From NCBI RefSeq assembly GCF_009914755.1, contig NC_060926.1: DNA of 64,000 nucleotides. The stretch is one strand, 5' to 3'. The position numbers and the translations under genes are program-made. Positions 1 through 12,560 of this stretch are shown in pieces; the stretch's first letter is position 1; each line of letters begins with the position of its first letter. The DNA is from the human T2T-CHM13v2.0 reference genome, Homo sapiens. The notes below the pieces were generated by a model, which was given only the letters and a program-made list of their open reading frames with translations, did no database searches and had not been told where the DNA came from.

Positions 1-831
1 CAGCCAGTTCAGACTGGCACCTTTATCCCTTTCAGTTTCATCTGTCTCTCCCAGTCAGTCAAATGACTAGGCACCAGTAGTGCTGTGGTGGGGAGGGGGC
101 TGGTGGTCCTTGCAGAAGTCCAGGTGTTTTGCCTAAACACTGATTATGACAATGTATCCTACGGTGGTAGGCATTCTATCTGCAAAAGCCTGATAACTCT
201 ATCAGACTCTGCTCGATCAAGCGACTCCAGAGGCCCCCTTTTCATCTTCAGCTTGAGGCAGATCTCAATGGGCTGAAAGAGTATGAGAAACTGAGATAAG
301 TGCAGGCTACAATTACAGAGATATGTCTGTGCTGCTGCAATTAGAGTTGTGTCAGCGCTTCTATTAACCTTTGCATTGCCAGCATTTTCCCATTTGGAAT
401 TCCAAGTGAGTAATAGCATTTAAACTAAGAAGAAACACAAGCCACTGCCTGAGTTGCAGACCCGTGAAAGGGGTGAAAATGGACAGCAGCGATAGGACAG
501 TATCTATTGAGCTGCTAAACAAGCCAAGCAGGGATTGGGAAAGTTTACGAGAGTGGCTCCCACACCACTGTTCTTTTGTACTGTGATGTTGAAACAATTT
601 CTGGGGATAGGGTGGACTATTACTGTGTCACTGAGAGAAGCTGGGCACTGGTAGGATCTCAATAATTTACTGGGCCTTTCCCTTGCCTGTATTAGATTCC
701 CTAACCAAATACTCCTTTTAAACAGTTTAGAATAATGATTTTCAGACGACTTTGAAATGAAATATACAGAATTTGTGATTATCCAATGAGTTTAATAACT
801 CTTTGTATTTATGCCCATTATGGCATTCAAG

Positions 832-973
832 CCTCACAATAATCTGTATGATGCATGGAATATGTGTTGTTATGTCCCATTGACAGAGATTGAAGATAAA
901 AAGCAGAGAAGCTAGGTAAATTGCCCAGAATCACACAGCACGTTAATTGCAGGACCAACACAAACCCAAGCCT
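832..973 (-). mobile_element. MIR SINE fragment
   Basis: cctcacaataatctgtatga...ggtaaattgcccagaatcacacagc...aaacccaag resembles the reverse-complement MIR core. Confidence 0.7.
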
Positions 974-1689
974 ATTAATTAATATCTGGAATAGATTACA
1001 TTAGTTTTCACCACTAAGGAATAGAAAACTAAAGTATCTTTTCTTCTCTATACCACAAACCAGCCGTCAGTTGCTTCATCAAAAAAAAAAGAAAAGAAAA
1101 GCTCTGGTTTTGAGAAAAGTTTATCATAATCTCCACTGAGAAGTATTTATCAATTGTATTATACATAACACAGTTTTTTTTACTACCCTCCTCAAGCACC
1201 TAAAATCTTTTTCACTAAAATTATTGTTCACCCCTTTGTTATTCAGCTCTTAAACTCTATTAAAACTGAAAACAAGACAATGATCTTCTCCTAGAAACCA
1301 GATTCTGTCTCTCCTCCATATTTGATTTGCTTCAAGTATCCAAGCATAAAATTAAAATGAATGATACAGCCACTGTCTTTTTACTTACCCCCATCTGATT
1401 CTCTTGCCCCAAAAGCTTAGTCTTAGGAATGTAGAAATGGAACAAATTTGAGTTTGGTTGATTATTATTTTTTTATTAATAGGATTAAATATTAATTATG
1501 TTAAACTTTGTTTATAAATCTGGTTTGGAATGCTGTTTTCCCGTCAAAACTTAAGGGCAATTTCAAGTTTATCTGGCCCAGTGATCTGACTGACATTTCA
1601 GCTGTATGTCAAACCAGTTTGGATTGTACAGGCCTGAGTTGATTATCAAGAAATCTAAGGCTAAATTTCAAATAGCTTTGGGCTAACTG

Positions 1690-1831
1690 AGTGATTCCCA
1701 AACTTGCTAAAATAAAAATAACCTGGAGCTATTGTTAAAAACATAGATTCCCAGACTTTTCTGGAATCTACAGTTTTAAGATGTGCCCCAGGTGACTACT
1801 TCTCTCAGCTACATTTGGGAAACATTGTGCT
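1690..1831. mobile_element. MER5-type hAT MITE, degenerate
   Basis: gtgattcccaaactt...acctggagctattgttaaaaacatagattccca...ccccaggtga...tttgggaaacattg, with inverted termini. Confidence 0.65.
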
Positions 1832-2739
1832 AAATGTTCATTTTAAGTGGAAACCAAAAATAAAGCAGGGATTTTTATTGACTTTTTAAAAGATCTTAGA
1901 AGCTCCTCTTAAATCAAGAAATTCAAATTAATGTTTGTCAAGAAAACTTGGGAAAATAAAGACATTATCAAACATGGTCATCGCCTACTATACACATATT
2001 TCAAGAAGTTTTTGTTATAATCTTTCTGTAGGCATCAATTCTTTCTAAAATTTGTATCACCAGCAGCTAAGCCAGGTCTACACACTGTGCTTGGTATAGA
2101 ATGCTTAAAAATATTTCATTAAAGAATGAATGAAAAAATGACTCAAGTCCCCACTTCTTCAAGAAGTTCACACCCATCTTTCCAACCACCTGTGATATCT
2201 TACCTCTCTTTCTCATATGCATGTTATAAATAGAGCCTACAATGCACTTGATCCCATTGTATGCAATTGTTCCTCTAAGGCAGCACATTGTGGTAAAAAG
2301 AAATATGACTTTCGGTTCAGGCACCCATGGACAAATTTCTTAACCTAGAATCAACATGTGGATATGATAAGTATTTTACAGGGTTCGTGAGGGGATTCAA
2401 TGAGTAATGCCCACCAAGTATTATGTATAACCTCTTTAAAACTACCTAAGTCTTCTTATACTTAATACAATGCCAAGGTCACTGCAAGAGCTTGGTTTAT
2501 TCTATTTTCCTTCCATTCTTCCTTCATTGAATAATCTACAAATCCTGCAAGATCAGGGACCAAGTCTTACACTTCTTTATATTCCTTTGCCTCTATCCTT
2601 TGTCAGTTATTCTGAGCATATATGTTCAAATAATTGCGAATTTAGAAAGATCAAAATGAAATGGCACAGGAAAATAACAGTACAGAAATAAAGAGAGAGC
2701 ACTGAAAGAAAAAAATACTTAAAAAAATTAAATGCTGGA

Positions 2740-3039
2740 GGCCAGGCGCGGTAGCTCACGCCTGTAATCCCAGCACTTTGGGAGGCCGAGGCGGGTGGAT
2801 CACGAGGTCAGGAGATCGAGACCATCCTGGCTAACATGGTGAAACCCCGTCTCTACTAAAAATACAAAAAAAAATTAGCCGGGCGTGGTGGCGGGAGCCC
2901 GTAGTCCCAGCTACTCAGGAGGCTGAGGCAGGAGAATGGCGTGAACGCGGGAGGCGGAGCTTGCAGTGAGCCGAGATTGCGCCACTGCACTCCAGCCCAG
3001 GCAACAGAGTGAGGCTCCATCTCAAAAAAAAAAAAAAAA
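2740..3039 (+). mobile_element. AluY, full length
   Basis: AluY diagnostics gatcacgaggtc, gagatcgagaccatcctggctaac, gaatggcgtgaa; A tail; perfect TSD aaaaaaattaaatgctgga at 2721-2739 and 3040-3058 after a TT/AAAA nick site. Confidence 0.97.
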
Positions 3040-3475
3040 AAAAAAATTAAATGCTGGAAAGAGTTGTCTTCTCAATAATTATCCCACGCACCATGGAACT
3101 AGCCCTCAGTGCAGAATTAGAGTTGACATCCTAAGACGGCCCAGCAGGAGTTGTTTCTCACAGCAGTAATTGTTTGCAGTTTTGTTCACTTCCAGTAACT
3201 TAGATTTCAGAACAAAGAGTAAATGTTTGATTTTTACCTACACTGCACAGTATTCTCTCTGCAATATCGTTTTTATTTGCTGAGGCTTTTCTGCTTATCT
3301 GCAAAGTTCAAAGTTTCTTTCAAATATAATTCATGTAATTTTTAATCTTTAAAGTCAAATGGAGAGGAAAAGTAATACTATATACTGCCTGTAGCCCAGA
3401 ATTCTCCACATTCCTAGCTCCAAATAAAAACTAAAAACAAATGGGAAGACATGTTTTTGTTAAATTTTTTTAAAT

Positions 3476-3632
3476 ATTTTTTATTTTTTGAGACGGGGTC
3501 TCATTCTGTCACCCAGGATGGAGTGTAGTAGTGCCATTATGGCTCACTGTAGACTCAACTTCCTGGGCTCAAGTGATCCTGCCTCAGCCTCCTGAGTAAC
3601 TGGGACCATAGGCAAGCACCAACATGCCTGGC
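3476..3632 (-). mobile_element. Alu right monomer (FRAM or truncated AluJ)
   Basis: T tract then gagacggggtctcattctgtcacccagg...ctgggctcaagtgatcct...catgcctggc. Confidence 0.85.
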
Positions 3633-4149
3633 AATGGAAAAAATAGTTTTTCAGGTTGCTTTCATTAATTAACTAAAGTAATTTAGAGCTAAAAACCCAC
3701 CAGAAGTCTTTTTACAGATGAGTTCCAAACTGAGACCTAAAGAAGGTAAATGAACCACCTAAGAACAAATCAATCAAAATTCCAACCAGGATGAATAATT
3801 TATATCTAAAGAAATTTATAAAATCATTACATTTTAGACCCACAAATGGTCTTAGAAACACCCAGGTCTAAAATATCACTCTCAAATAGAAATACGCAAT
3901 ACAACATTCCTGATGGTGCTGCCTGAATATTACCTCTGAGAGTTAATCACTTGTCACAATTAGACAGCTCATTCAATTTGTGAGATATTTTGTTTTCATA
4001 TCTAGCCATAATATCTTTCCTTCTACTCTTTGTTCCTGGTTCTGATATTTGAGAAACTGGTTAATGCTGCTTCCTTTTCTCTTTAATATTTTCACATTTC
4101 TTTTAGGCATTATACTCCAGATTTTTTAATAGTCAAATAATTGTATTTT

Positions 4150-4903
4150 ATTTTTTAATTTATTTTAAGTTCAGGGGTACATGTGCAGGTTTGTTACATA
4201 GGTAAACTTGAGTCATGGGGATTTGTTGTACAGATTATTTCATCATCCAGGTGTTAAGCCTAATACTAATTGGTTATTTTCCCTAATCCTCTACCTCCTC
4301 CCACCCTCCACCCTCCAATAGGCCCCAGTGTGTGTTGTTCCCCACCATGTGTCCATACGCTCTCATCTTTTAGCTCCCACTTATAATTGAGAACATGCAA
4401 TATTTGGTTTTCCATTTCTGTATTAGTTTGCTAAGGATAATAGCCTCCAGCTCCATCCATGTCCCTGAAAAGGACATGATCTTGTTCTTTTTTATGGCTA
4501 CAGAGTATTCCATGGTAAGTGTGTGCCACATTTTCCTTATCCAGTCTGTCACTGATGGGCATTTGGTTTGTTTCATATCTTTGCTATTGTGAATAGTGTT
4601 GCAATGAAAATATGTGTGCATGTGTCTTTATAACAGAATGATTTATATTCCTTTGGGTATATACACAGTAATGGGATTGCTGGGTTGAATGGTATTTCTG
4701 TCTTTAGGTCTTTGAGGAATTGCCACACTGTCTTCCACAATGGTTGAACTAATTTACACTCCCATCAGTAGTGTATAAGCATTCCTTTTTCTCCACAACC
4801 TCGCCAGCTGTTATTTTTTGATTTTTTAGTAATACCCATTCTGACTGGTGTGAGATAGTATCTCATTGCGGTTTTGATTTGCATTTCTCTAATGATCAGT
4901 GAT
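4150..4903 (-). mobile_element. L1PA13-16-like 3' fragment
   Basis: 3'UTR aagttcaggggtacatgtgcagg...tgtacagattatt; the ORF at 4370-4621 is the ORF2 C-terminus (KCPSVTDWIRKMWH). Confidence 0.9.
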
Positions 4904-5333
4904 TTTACTATAAATTTTTAAATATTTCATGACCTTGGTCCCCTCCAGATATTCTGTAATTAATATTGATGAAGATAACAATAGAGAAAAAAATAATTAT
5001 CAGAACAACCTATATTTATTGAGCGTTTTCTATGATACGGCATTGTAACAAATAATTAGCATTTACTATCTGTTTTGTCCAGTGCTCTATCCACAGCACC
5101 CAAAACAGTGCCTGACATACATTAGGCATATGATGAATGTTGGTTGACTGAAGCCACCTTCAACAAACCCTTCAAAGTAGGCATAATTATTCCTATCAAA
5201 GAGCCAATATATATCACAGTTGGAATTTGAAGATAAGTCATTTTGACTACATAACTTGATACATGCAATTAACCATTGTGCTTTAGGCTTACAAATGTTC
5301 TTCTCTCAAATTGATTCCATTTATTAACTATTA

Positions 5334-6204
5334 CAGTAAGTCCTCACTTAACATCGTCAATGGATTCTTGGAAACTGTAGGTTTAAACAAAGAGATATTC
5401 AACAAAACTGATTTTACGATAGGCTAATTGATATAAATAAGAGTTAAGATCCTGTGGCATATTTCTGGTCACAAAAACATCACCAAACTTCTTAATAAAG
5501 ACCCACTTCTAATAGTAAACATTGAAATAAATGTGGCCTACATGTACATTTCAGAAAGATTAATAAAAACAAGTAAGATAATTACTTAAATCTAATTTTT
5601 AGTGAATCAGTGAGTCACAGCAGTAGTAGTCGTGGTGGTTTCAATCGAGAAATAAATGTTTGCAAAGTGAAAGTTGTAATGAGCACCTCCAACCACCACA
5701 CAGTCCAAAAAACCATAAATATGTTATGCTCACTGAGTGCTTTTATGCCAAATTGTTTATTGTCCTGGATTTGTATGATTATTGTATACTTTACTAATTT
5801 TTATTTTACCATCATTTCTATTCATTCTTCATTTTCCAACCTGATTATTCCAGTTCAGGGTCTCAGGTAGCTGGTGCCTTTCCTGGTAGCTCAGGGCACC
5901 AGGAGGGAACCAGCTTTGGACAGGACACCATTCCACTGTGGGGCACACACATGCACACACACACAGACACACACATATACATACACTCTCTCAGACTGGC
6001 ATCATTTAGACATACATGTTAACCTAACATGCACAGTCTTGGTATATGGGAGGAAACATAAGTACTTGAGAAAAAAATCCATGCAGACATAAGAAGAATA
6101 TGCAAACTCCACACAGACAGTGACCCTGTCCCAGAATTAATTTTTTTCATTGATGGCATAATAAAATGACTTTGCACAAAACGATGTTATTTGAGGATAT
6201 GCTG
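5334..6204 (-). mobile_element. MER6 (TcMar-Tigger non-autonomous DNA transposon), full length
   Basis: Imperfect TIRs cagtaagtcctcacttaacatcgt and acgatgttatttgaggatatgctg; TA TSDs at 5332-5333 and 5205+1000 (6205-6206); about 870 bp; internal sequence matches the recalled MER6 consensus. Confidence 0.9.
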
Positions 6205-6339
6205 TATAAGTAAAAGTTCTGCATCTAGAAGTGGACTGTATAGTATTCCAGAATGCTGTTCATGGGAGTTGATTCCTATAATATACAAATAAGCTGTTAT
6301 TTCTTGATTCCTGACCCCTGCAAGCTACTACTCTATTTC

Positions 6340-7130
6340 TTTTATTCCCTTTTCAGAAAAATCCTTTAGAGTTATCTGCCTTGCTGTTTCCAATTCCTCC
6401 TCTTCAGTTACCTTGTAAAACCACTTCATTTACTTTCTCCCCAAATCCTCCATGAAAATTGTTCATTAAGATCTTCAATGACTTTCACTGTACTAAATCC
6501 AGCAGTCCTAGTTATACTTGACTTATCAGCCACATGAAACACAATTCATCCCTCACTTCTCTCCAATACACTTCATTCCCTTGCCATCCAGGACAACTTT
6601 CTTGGTGTCCTCGCACCTCACTGAGCACTCCTTCTCAGTCTCAATCCTCTTTAATCCAGAGCTCTTGGTATTAGTGTGCCCCAGGGCACAGTCCTCTTTA
6701 TCTATACTCACTCCCTTGTGATCTCATTCTTTCTCAGGGCTTTAAACACAATTTCAGTGCAAAGACTCTCAACTGTCACATTCCTGCCCATAACTTTCTC
6801 TCCACTGCCTCATTTTAATGTCCAACAGAGAACCAAAACAAAATTCCTGCTCCCAACCATTCCAAACCCACTCTACCCACAGCCTTGCCTGTCTCAGTTG
6901 ATGGAAACTCTATCCTTGCTGAAGGTCAACACTCTTGGAATCAACATTGACACTTCTCTTTCTTTAACATATAATCTGTCAGAAAAATCCTAAACCTTGA
7001 TTGTTTTCTTTTTTAAAAATCTGATCATGTCACCCTTCCACTCAAAACCTTGCAATGGCTCTCCACTTCACTTAGAGTAAAAGCCAAGTCCTTAACTGGC
7101 CTTTCATGTTCTGCCTGATCCATTCCTCTG
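6340..7130 (+). mobile_element. L2 LINE fragment
   Basis: Pyrimidine-rich L2 motifs: cttcaatgactttcactgtactaaatcc, cttgacttatcagc, gatcatgtcacccttccactcaaaaccttgcaatggctc. Confidence 0.8.
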
Positions 7131-7235
7131 TTACATTAAACATCACCCTCATTAGCTCACTTAATCCTTGCAAAAACCCTATGACAGTTTGTTATCCCTA
7201 CATTGTAGATAAGGAGACTGAGGCTCAAAAAAAGT

Positions 7236-7568
7236 GTTTTTTTTGTTTTTTGTTTGTTTGTTTGTTTGTTTGAGACAGAGTCTCACTCTGCTGCCCAGGC
7301 TGGAGTCCAGTGGTGTGATCGTGGCCACCAGGAGTTGCTCAAATCTCTGCAACCTCCGCCTCCTGGGTTCAAGTGATTCTCCAGCCTCAGACTCCCAAGT
7401 AGCTGGGATTACAGGGACATGCCACCATGCCAGGCTAGTTTTTGTATTTTTAGTAGAGATGGGGTTTCAACATGTTGACCAGGCTGGTCTCAAACTCCTA
7501 GCCTCAAGATTCACCCACCTCAGCCTCCCAACATGCTGGGATTAAAGGCATGAGCCACTGGGCCAGCC
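7236..7568 (-). mobile_element. AluS (Sx/Sz-like) inserted into a MIR
   Basis: Dimeric Alu with (TTTG)n tail; MIR halves on each side (gataaggagactgaggctca and gttaagtatttgatctaag). Confidence 0.92.
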
Positions 7569-8890
7569 AGAAGTTAAGTATTTGATCTAAGATTAAAAGA
7601 CTAGTGAATGATATAGCCAAGATGTGAACTTAAGTAGCGGTACTCTTTATCATTCCATTCACTGAACCAAGAAGAACAGACGTTCATTGCAAAACCCCAA
7701 GGAGGCAAAGAAACAGATGGTACCTGGTACCTCTAAAAATGAGAGGTGGATGTAGGACTAAAAACAGGTAGAGTCACTGAAAATCTGATTAAAATTTTAG
7801 TCTTCACTTTGCATAGACAGATCCTCTCCAACCTTGGAAGAGGAACTGAGACTTATATGATGGTAAGGGAGGGCCAGAGAGATACAGAACTGGGGAATAC
7901 TGGACATAAAGAGCCAAATCATTCCCCAGTCTAAAACGAGATCGTATTTTTCCTTGTATTTCCCATAACTTTTTCCATGAACATTTCAAAAACAATTTTT
8001 AGAACATTAGCATGGAGTAGTATAGACCTGGCTAAACAGCTTAGTCCAAAAATAATGAAAATGACAAGTCTGCATTCAAAGACAAACTACTTAATGACTA
8101 ATTTTTTTAATTGGTTCTAGGCTGAGACCTTTGTATAACAAGTTTCAGCCTAGAGAAAAATTTTTATGCTGTAGTTATGAACTGCTGATAATAGAAGATT
8201 TAATGGAATTTCAAATAGGCCATTAATTGTAACATGCCAATATAATAACAGGAAGATTAAAATATGACTAAACTAAACAAGTTCAATACAGCTTAAGGAC
8301 TTTGTTTGAAATTAAACTTTCCCAAGTATATATTTTGATATCAAATCTTGAAAAGTTAAATACTGAAACAGCAAAAGGTTTTTGTGGCAAATTTCCATAA
8401 TATTCCTGAATAGCTTACTCTAACAACTTTGCAACCGTATGAATTAGAAATTAGATCAAGCATAAAATAAATTGGGATAAGACAGTTTTGTGTGTATTTA
8501 TAATTTCTTATCCTTTTCAAAAGAAAATTCTGTGAAATGTGATTCTTGAGGGTAAATTTTGAGGTGTTTGTGACTTTTAATTTATTTCTCACAATATGGG
8601 GTTGCAAAACAGTAAAAAGGATTGGATGGAGTATTGTTGTTGAGTATATTGAGTGTAAACCTTGGAAAGGACAGATGGTGTATAGAGGGATTTCATTCTG
8701 TTTGGGGAGAACAAAGAAAAAGATATGGTGGTAATGGCTACTGTGTTGTTTTTCTTAGGATGGTACCATGTTGGAAAGAATTACATAGATTCCAGCTGTA
8801 TTTTGTATTACCATGTGTATACCAAAAAGACTCGCTGGTGGGTTGGATGTGGGAGGTGAAGAGAGGAAGAAGTTAAAAATGATGAACAAT

Positions 8891-9183
<293 letters not shown>

Positions 9184-9609
9184 GATGAACAAGTTCCTGG
9201 CTTGAGCAACTAACAAAATGATGATGTCATTTGCTGAAAGAAGATGAGTAGAGCAAATAAGTTCATGGGGTGTGGAATCACAAGTTCTGTTTGGGACTTC
9301 TAAAGTTTGTGATGCTTGTGAGTCATCCAACAGGTGAAATCAATTAGGATGCTAAATATCCAAGTCTGGAGTCATTATCTCCACTAAACTAAGGACATCA
9401 GCAACAGTGAACACAAAGTTGGTCAGATTCAACATTATATAAGCACAGAGTAGGTGGTCACCTTGAAAATGCTATGACGTAGTAGCAAAAGTCTAGTAGG
9501 AAAGTGAGGAAATCTAGATTCTTGTTTTTCTCCTCATTCCACTATCTAGCTGTGGGATTCATTCTAACTTTCTAGAACTCACAATGGTGCAATTGTTTAT
9601 AATATACAC

Positions 9610-9855
9610 TCCCAATTCAGAAAACTGGGGCCAAGTTCTAGTTGTGCCTCTTACCAGCTGCGTAACTTCAGAAAAGATAAAATATTTGTCCCTCAGTTTC
9701 CTCATCAATAAAAGGGGGATATCATTATAACTATTTCATAAGATTGTCTCGAGCATTAAATTACCATGTGTGTTTATGCACACATACACACACAAGCATA
9801 ACTTAAGGTTGTTTCTGAAACATAATAAGTGCTAATTAAGTGTTTGTTATTATTA
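9610..9855 (+). mobile_element. MIR SINE
   Basis: ttaccagctgcgtaacttcag...cctcagtttcctcatcaataaaagggggata...taagtgctaattaagtgtttg. Confidence 0.75.
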
Positions 9856-10109
9856 TAAGATGGATTAGATTATAATAACATCTTTTAGATTTTATCTATT
9901 AATAAGATCCTTTCTTCTAAACAATATTATGTAGAAACTCAATATGTAAATATATATATAAGTAATAAAGAGGGAATCGCTACGGCTGGAATGTAGAACC
10001 CATATCCTACCAGCTTAACAGTTTCCCCTCCCTTTTCCCTGTCAATAGCCTCAGTGGAAGATCTAGAAAACTTCTGATTCTCTTTTCTGAAAACCATCAG
10101 ACTAGATAA

Positions 10110-10221
10110 TCTTTCCAAAGTGAGAGAGAAATAAAGATGTTTTCAGACATAGAAGCAATAAAGAGTCTAAAAATAGATCCTCACTAAAAGAACTCAGTGC
10201 TTTGGCAATAACAGTAGTGAA
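10110..10221 (+). mobile_element. Ancient L1M ORF1 3' fragment
   Basis: aaataaagatgttttcagacat...cctcactaaaagaact resembles the end of L1M ORF1. Confidence 0.55.
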
Positions 10222-10803
10222 GCTGGAGGTTCAGTCCGTCTTACTGGAGGGATGCTTCTTCTCTACTCCTATATTCCCTTCCATATGGTGGGTCTTCCAC
10301 TTGCATCACAGCCCGGGGCTTCCTCTCCCCACCCCACCCCCAGCTCACTAGTCCTCCTCTGAGAAAAGTATCTTAATATGATGGGAAAATTTGAAAGGAG
10401 AGACGGGGTGTAAGCAGTGCAGCCACTTCCTCTCTCCTTCTGCTTGGGAGCCAGTTGTCTATAGGAAGAACCTTATGCTGTGCTGCTTCCATATGGTACT
10501 ATCCGGGCACATTGCCACCCACTGTCAGGGGGCTTTTGCTATCATCCAGAACTGCCTGTGATGTGGTTTGTATAGTTATCTAATTCTGGGGACTGGTATT
10601 AGAAAGCCCACTTGTCCACCAGTAGGCAATTTTTCAAGTATCAGCTCTGTCGGTAACAAATATCACATTTGGGTTCCCATATGCCTTACACTTTTGTTTT
10701 TGTCTTATTTTTAATGTACTCAGAACTTGGATGACAAGATGTGTGCTATTTAGAAGACCCCCTTGACCTCCAATAGTGTGGGGCAAAAACAAAAACAAAA
10801 AAA
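10222..10803 (+). pseudogene. Candidate 5'-truncated retrocopy of unknown parent
   Basis: About 560 bp of GC-richer non-repeat-like sequence, then an A-rich tail (10785-10803), with aacag(tag)tgaa / aacagtgaa on the two flanks. Confidence 0.4.
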
Positions 10804-11892
10804 CAGTGAACTCAAAAATACATCAAATATGCTGGCAAATTCCTGAGATAAGAAGGTTCCAGATCACAAAAACAAAAGTTATCATGCTAAAGAGGTTGGA
10901 TTTTATCCTGTAAGGAGTCAAAGGTCATTAGAACACTTTAAAGAAAAAGTAAATGGCCAGATTGGTATGTTTGATTATTTTCTCAGACAGGGTCAACATA
11001 GAGAGAAGACAGTACTGAAAACTGGCTAGCATCAGGTTAAAAAGAAAAGGCAGCATTTTCTGAAGGCCAAATTCACCTGCTTTATAACTTTGTCTAAGGC
11101 TGTCTCAAATGATGATGTCATGTTTTCCCAACCTACTATCTAATTTTAAACAGATGGTCAGCCTGTTCCATAGATTTCATTAAGTCAAGCAATCGGATAA
11201 GCAAATCTTGAACTGCATTGGGATCTTTATCATGCTGTTTCAAAGATGCTTTACAACTTTCCATTTAAAAAAAAAAAGAATGAAGTAATGTTGTTTCTCT
11301 TCTGATTTCCAAAGTTTATATTTTCATGGCATATACATGATACATTATTATTTAGAATTTTATTGTGTAATTTAAAAAGGCAAAATACTGATAATCACAG
11401 AGTGATAGCTTAAGAACTAAAATTTGTGGCTATAAAATAGGTCATTTATCACAAAATTAGCACAATTTTAAAATGTTGATGCAAAACAGATGTATACTAC
11501 ATTGCAGCATTTGTTTTCTCCCTGCATACAATTTGTTCTTTTTAGTAATTGTGAGAATATGTCAAGTACCTAATAGTACCTCTTAGCCATAAGCTAGGCC
11601 TTAAGCTCATACTTGGTTCCTTGCCTTTCTGAGTCCTCTCTTTTTGTGCAATTCCTCTGAGAAGAATGCTTCCAGCAGAACTGATTTTGACATAGAAGTA
11701 AAGTTAATAGTTTCTGCTACAAACATTTATTAAGTTCCATAGTCAGCTAACACTGTCCTGGGCACTGGGAATACTGTAATGAATAAGCAAGAGAGGACAC
11801 AGTCCATGGTTCGGGAAGATCAAAGTCACACACAAGCGAAAGCAGTAGTAGTAACACCCCATCCTCAATTCCTAAGGGTTCCCCCATCCCGA

Positions 11893-12048
11893 CGTCCTAT
11901 CAGGAAATCCCCTGATGTGTACACTACCTGATGAGGAACTTTGTTGAGGAAACACAAGAAAGGGAGGGAAAGGATACTCACCTGCCTAGGCAAATCAGCC
12001 AAATCACCTGAGATGACAAACATCATAATCATAGATTGCCCTGCTTCC
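11893..12048 (-). pseudogene. RN7SKP: Degenerate 7SK snRNA-derived pseudogene (5' portion)
   Basis: The reverse complement GGAAGCAGGGCAATCT...TGTCATCTC..GGTGATTTGGCTGATTTGCCTAGGCAGGTG..CCTTTCCCTCCCT is colinear with the 7SK 5' end GGATGTGAGGGCGATCT...TGTCACCCC...GTTGATTCGGCTGATCTGG..CTAGGCGGGTGTCCCCTTCCTCCCT; most differences are transitions. Confidence 0.7.
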
Positions 12049-12224
12049 AGGAGGAGCCATTTGGTGACTTAAATCATTCAGCTGTTTCGTTGTTATTCTT
12101 TGTTTTATTGTGTTTTCTTCAACACAGCTGCTAAGTACTCCCTTTCTTAGCAGGGAAAAAAGTGCAGGCCTAGCTATTTCTAAAGTCCAGCCATTAGTTC
12201 CCTAGGAAACAAAATATATTAATA

Positions 12225-12560
12225 CGAAAACTCTTTTAGTAAGAAAAAGCCTACCCAAACTACTTGGAAGAAACAGACTCATCTGGCTTTCTAGCTGGGA
12301 AGTTCCACCAATGAACTTCAGGCATGGCTAGATCATAATGCTCAAATTACGTCTTAAAGATTTGACTTTCCCATTCTATCTCTGTTTTTCTCTGGGCAGA
12401 TTCTTCCCACATAGTGGCAAAGATGACCACCAGCAGCTCTAGGCTTCCATCATCTTTACAGAAAAAATGCCTATCCCTTGCCCTCCCCACACCAGCAAAC
12501 TGTCTCTTTCCTCATAGTTTCAGCAAAATTCCAGGGATTGTCCTCAAGAGAAATGCTAGA
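12225..12560 (-). mobile_element. MLT1 (MaLR) LTR, old subfamily (J/K-like)
   Basis: cttcaggcatggctagatc...ggcaaagatgaccaccagcagctctaggctt...tttcagcaaaattccagggattg. Confidence 0.7.
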
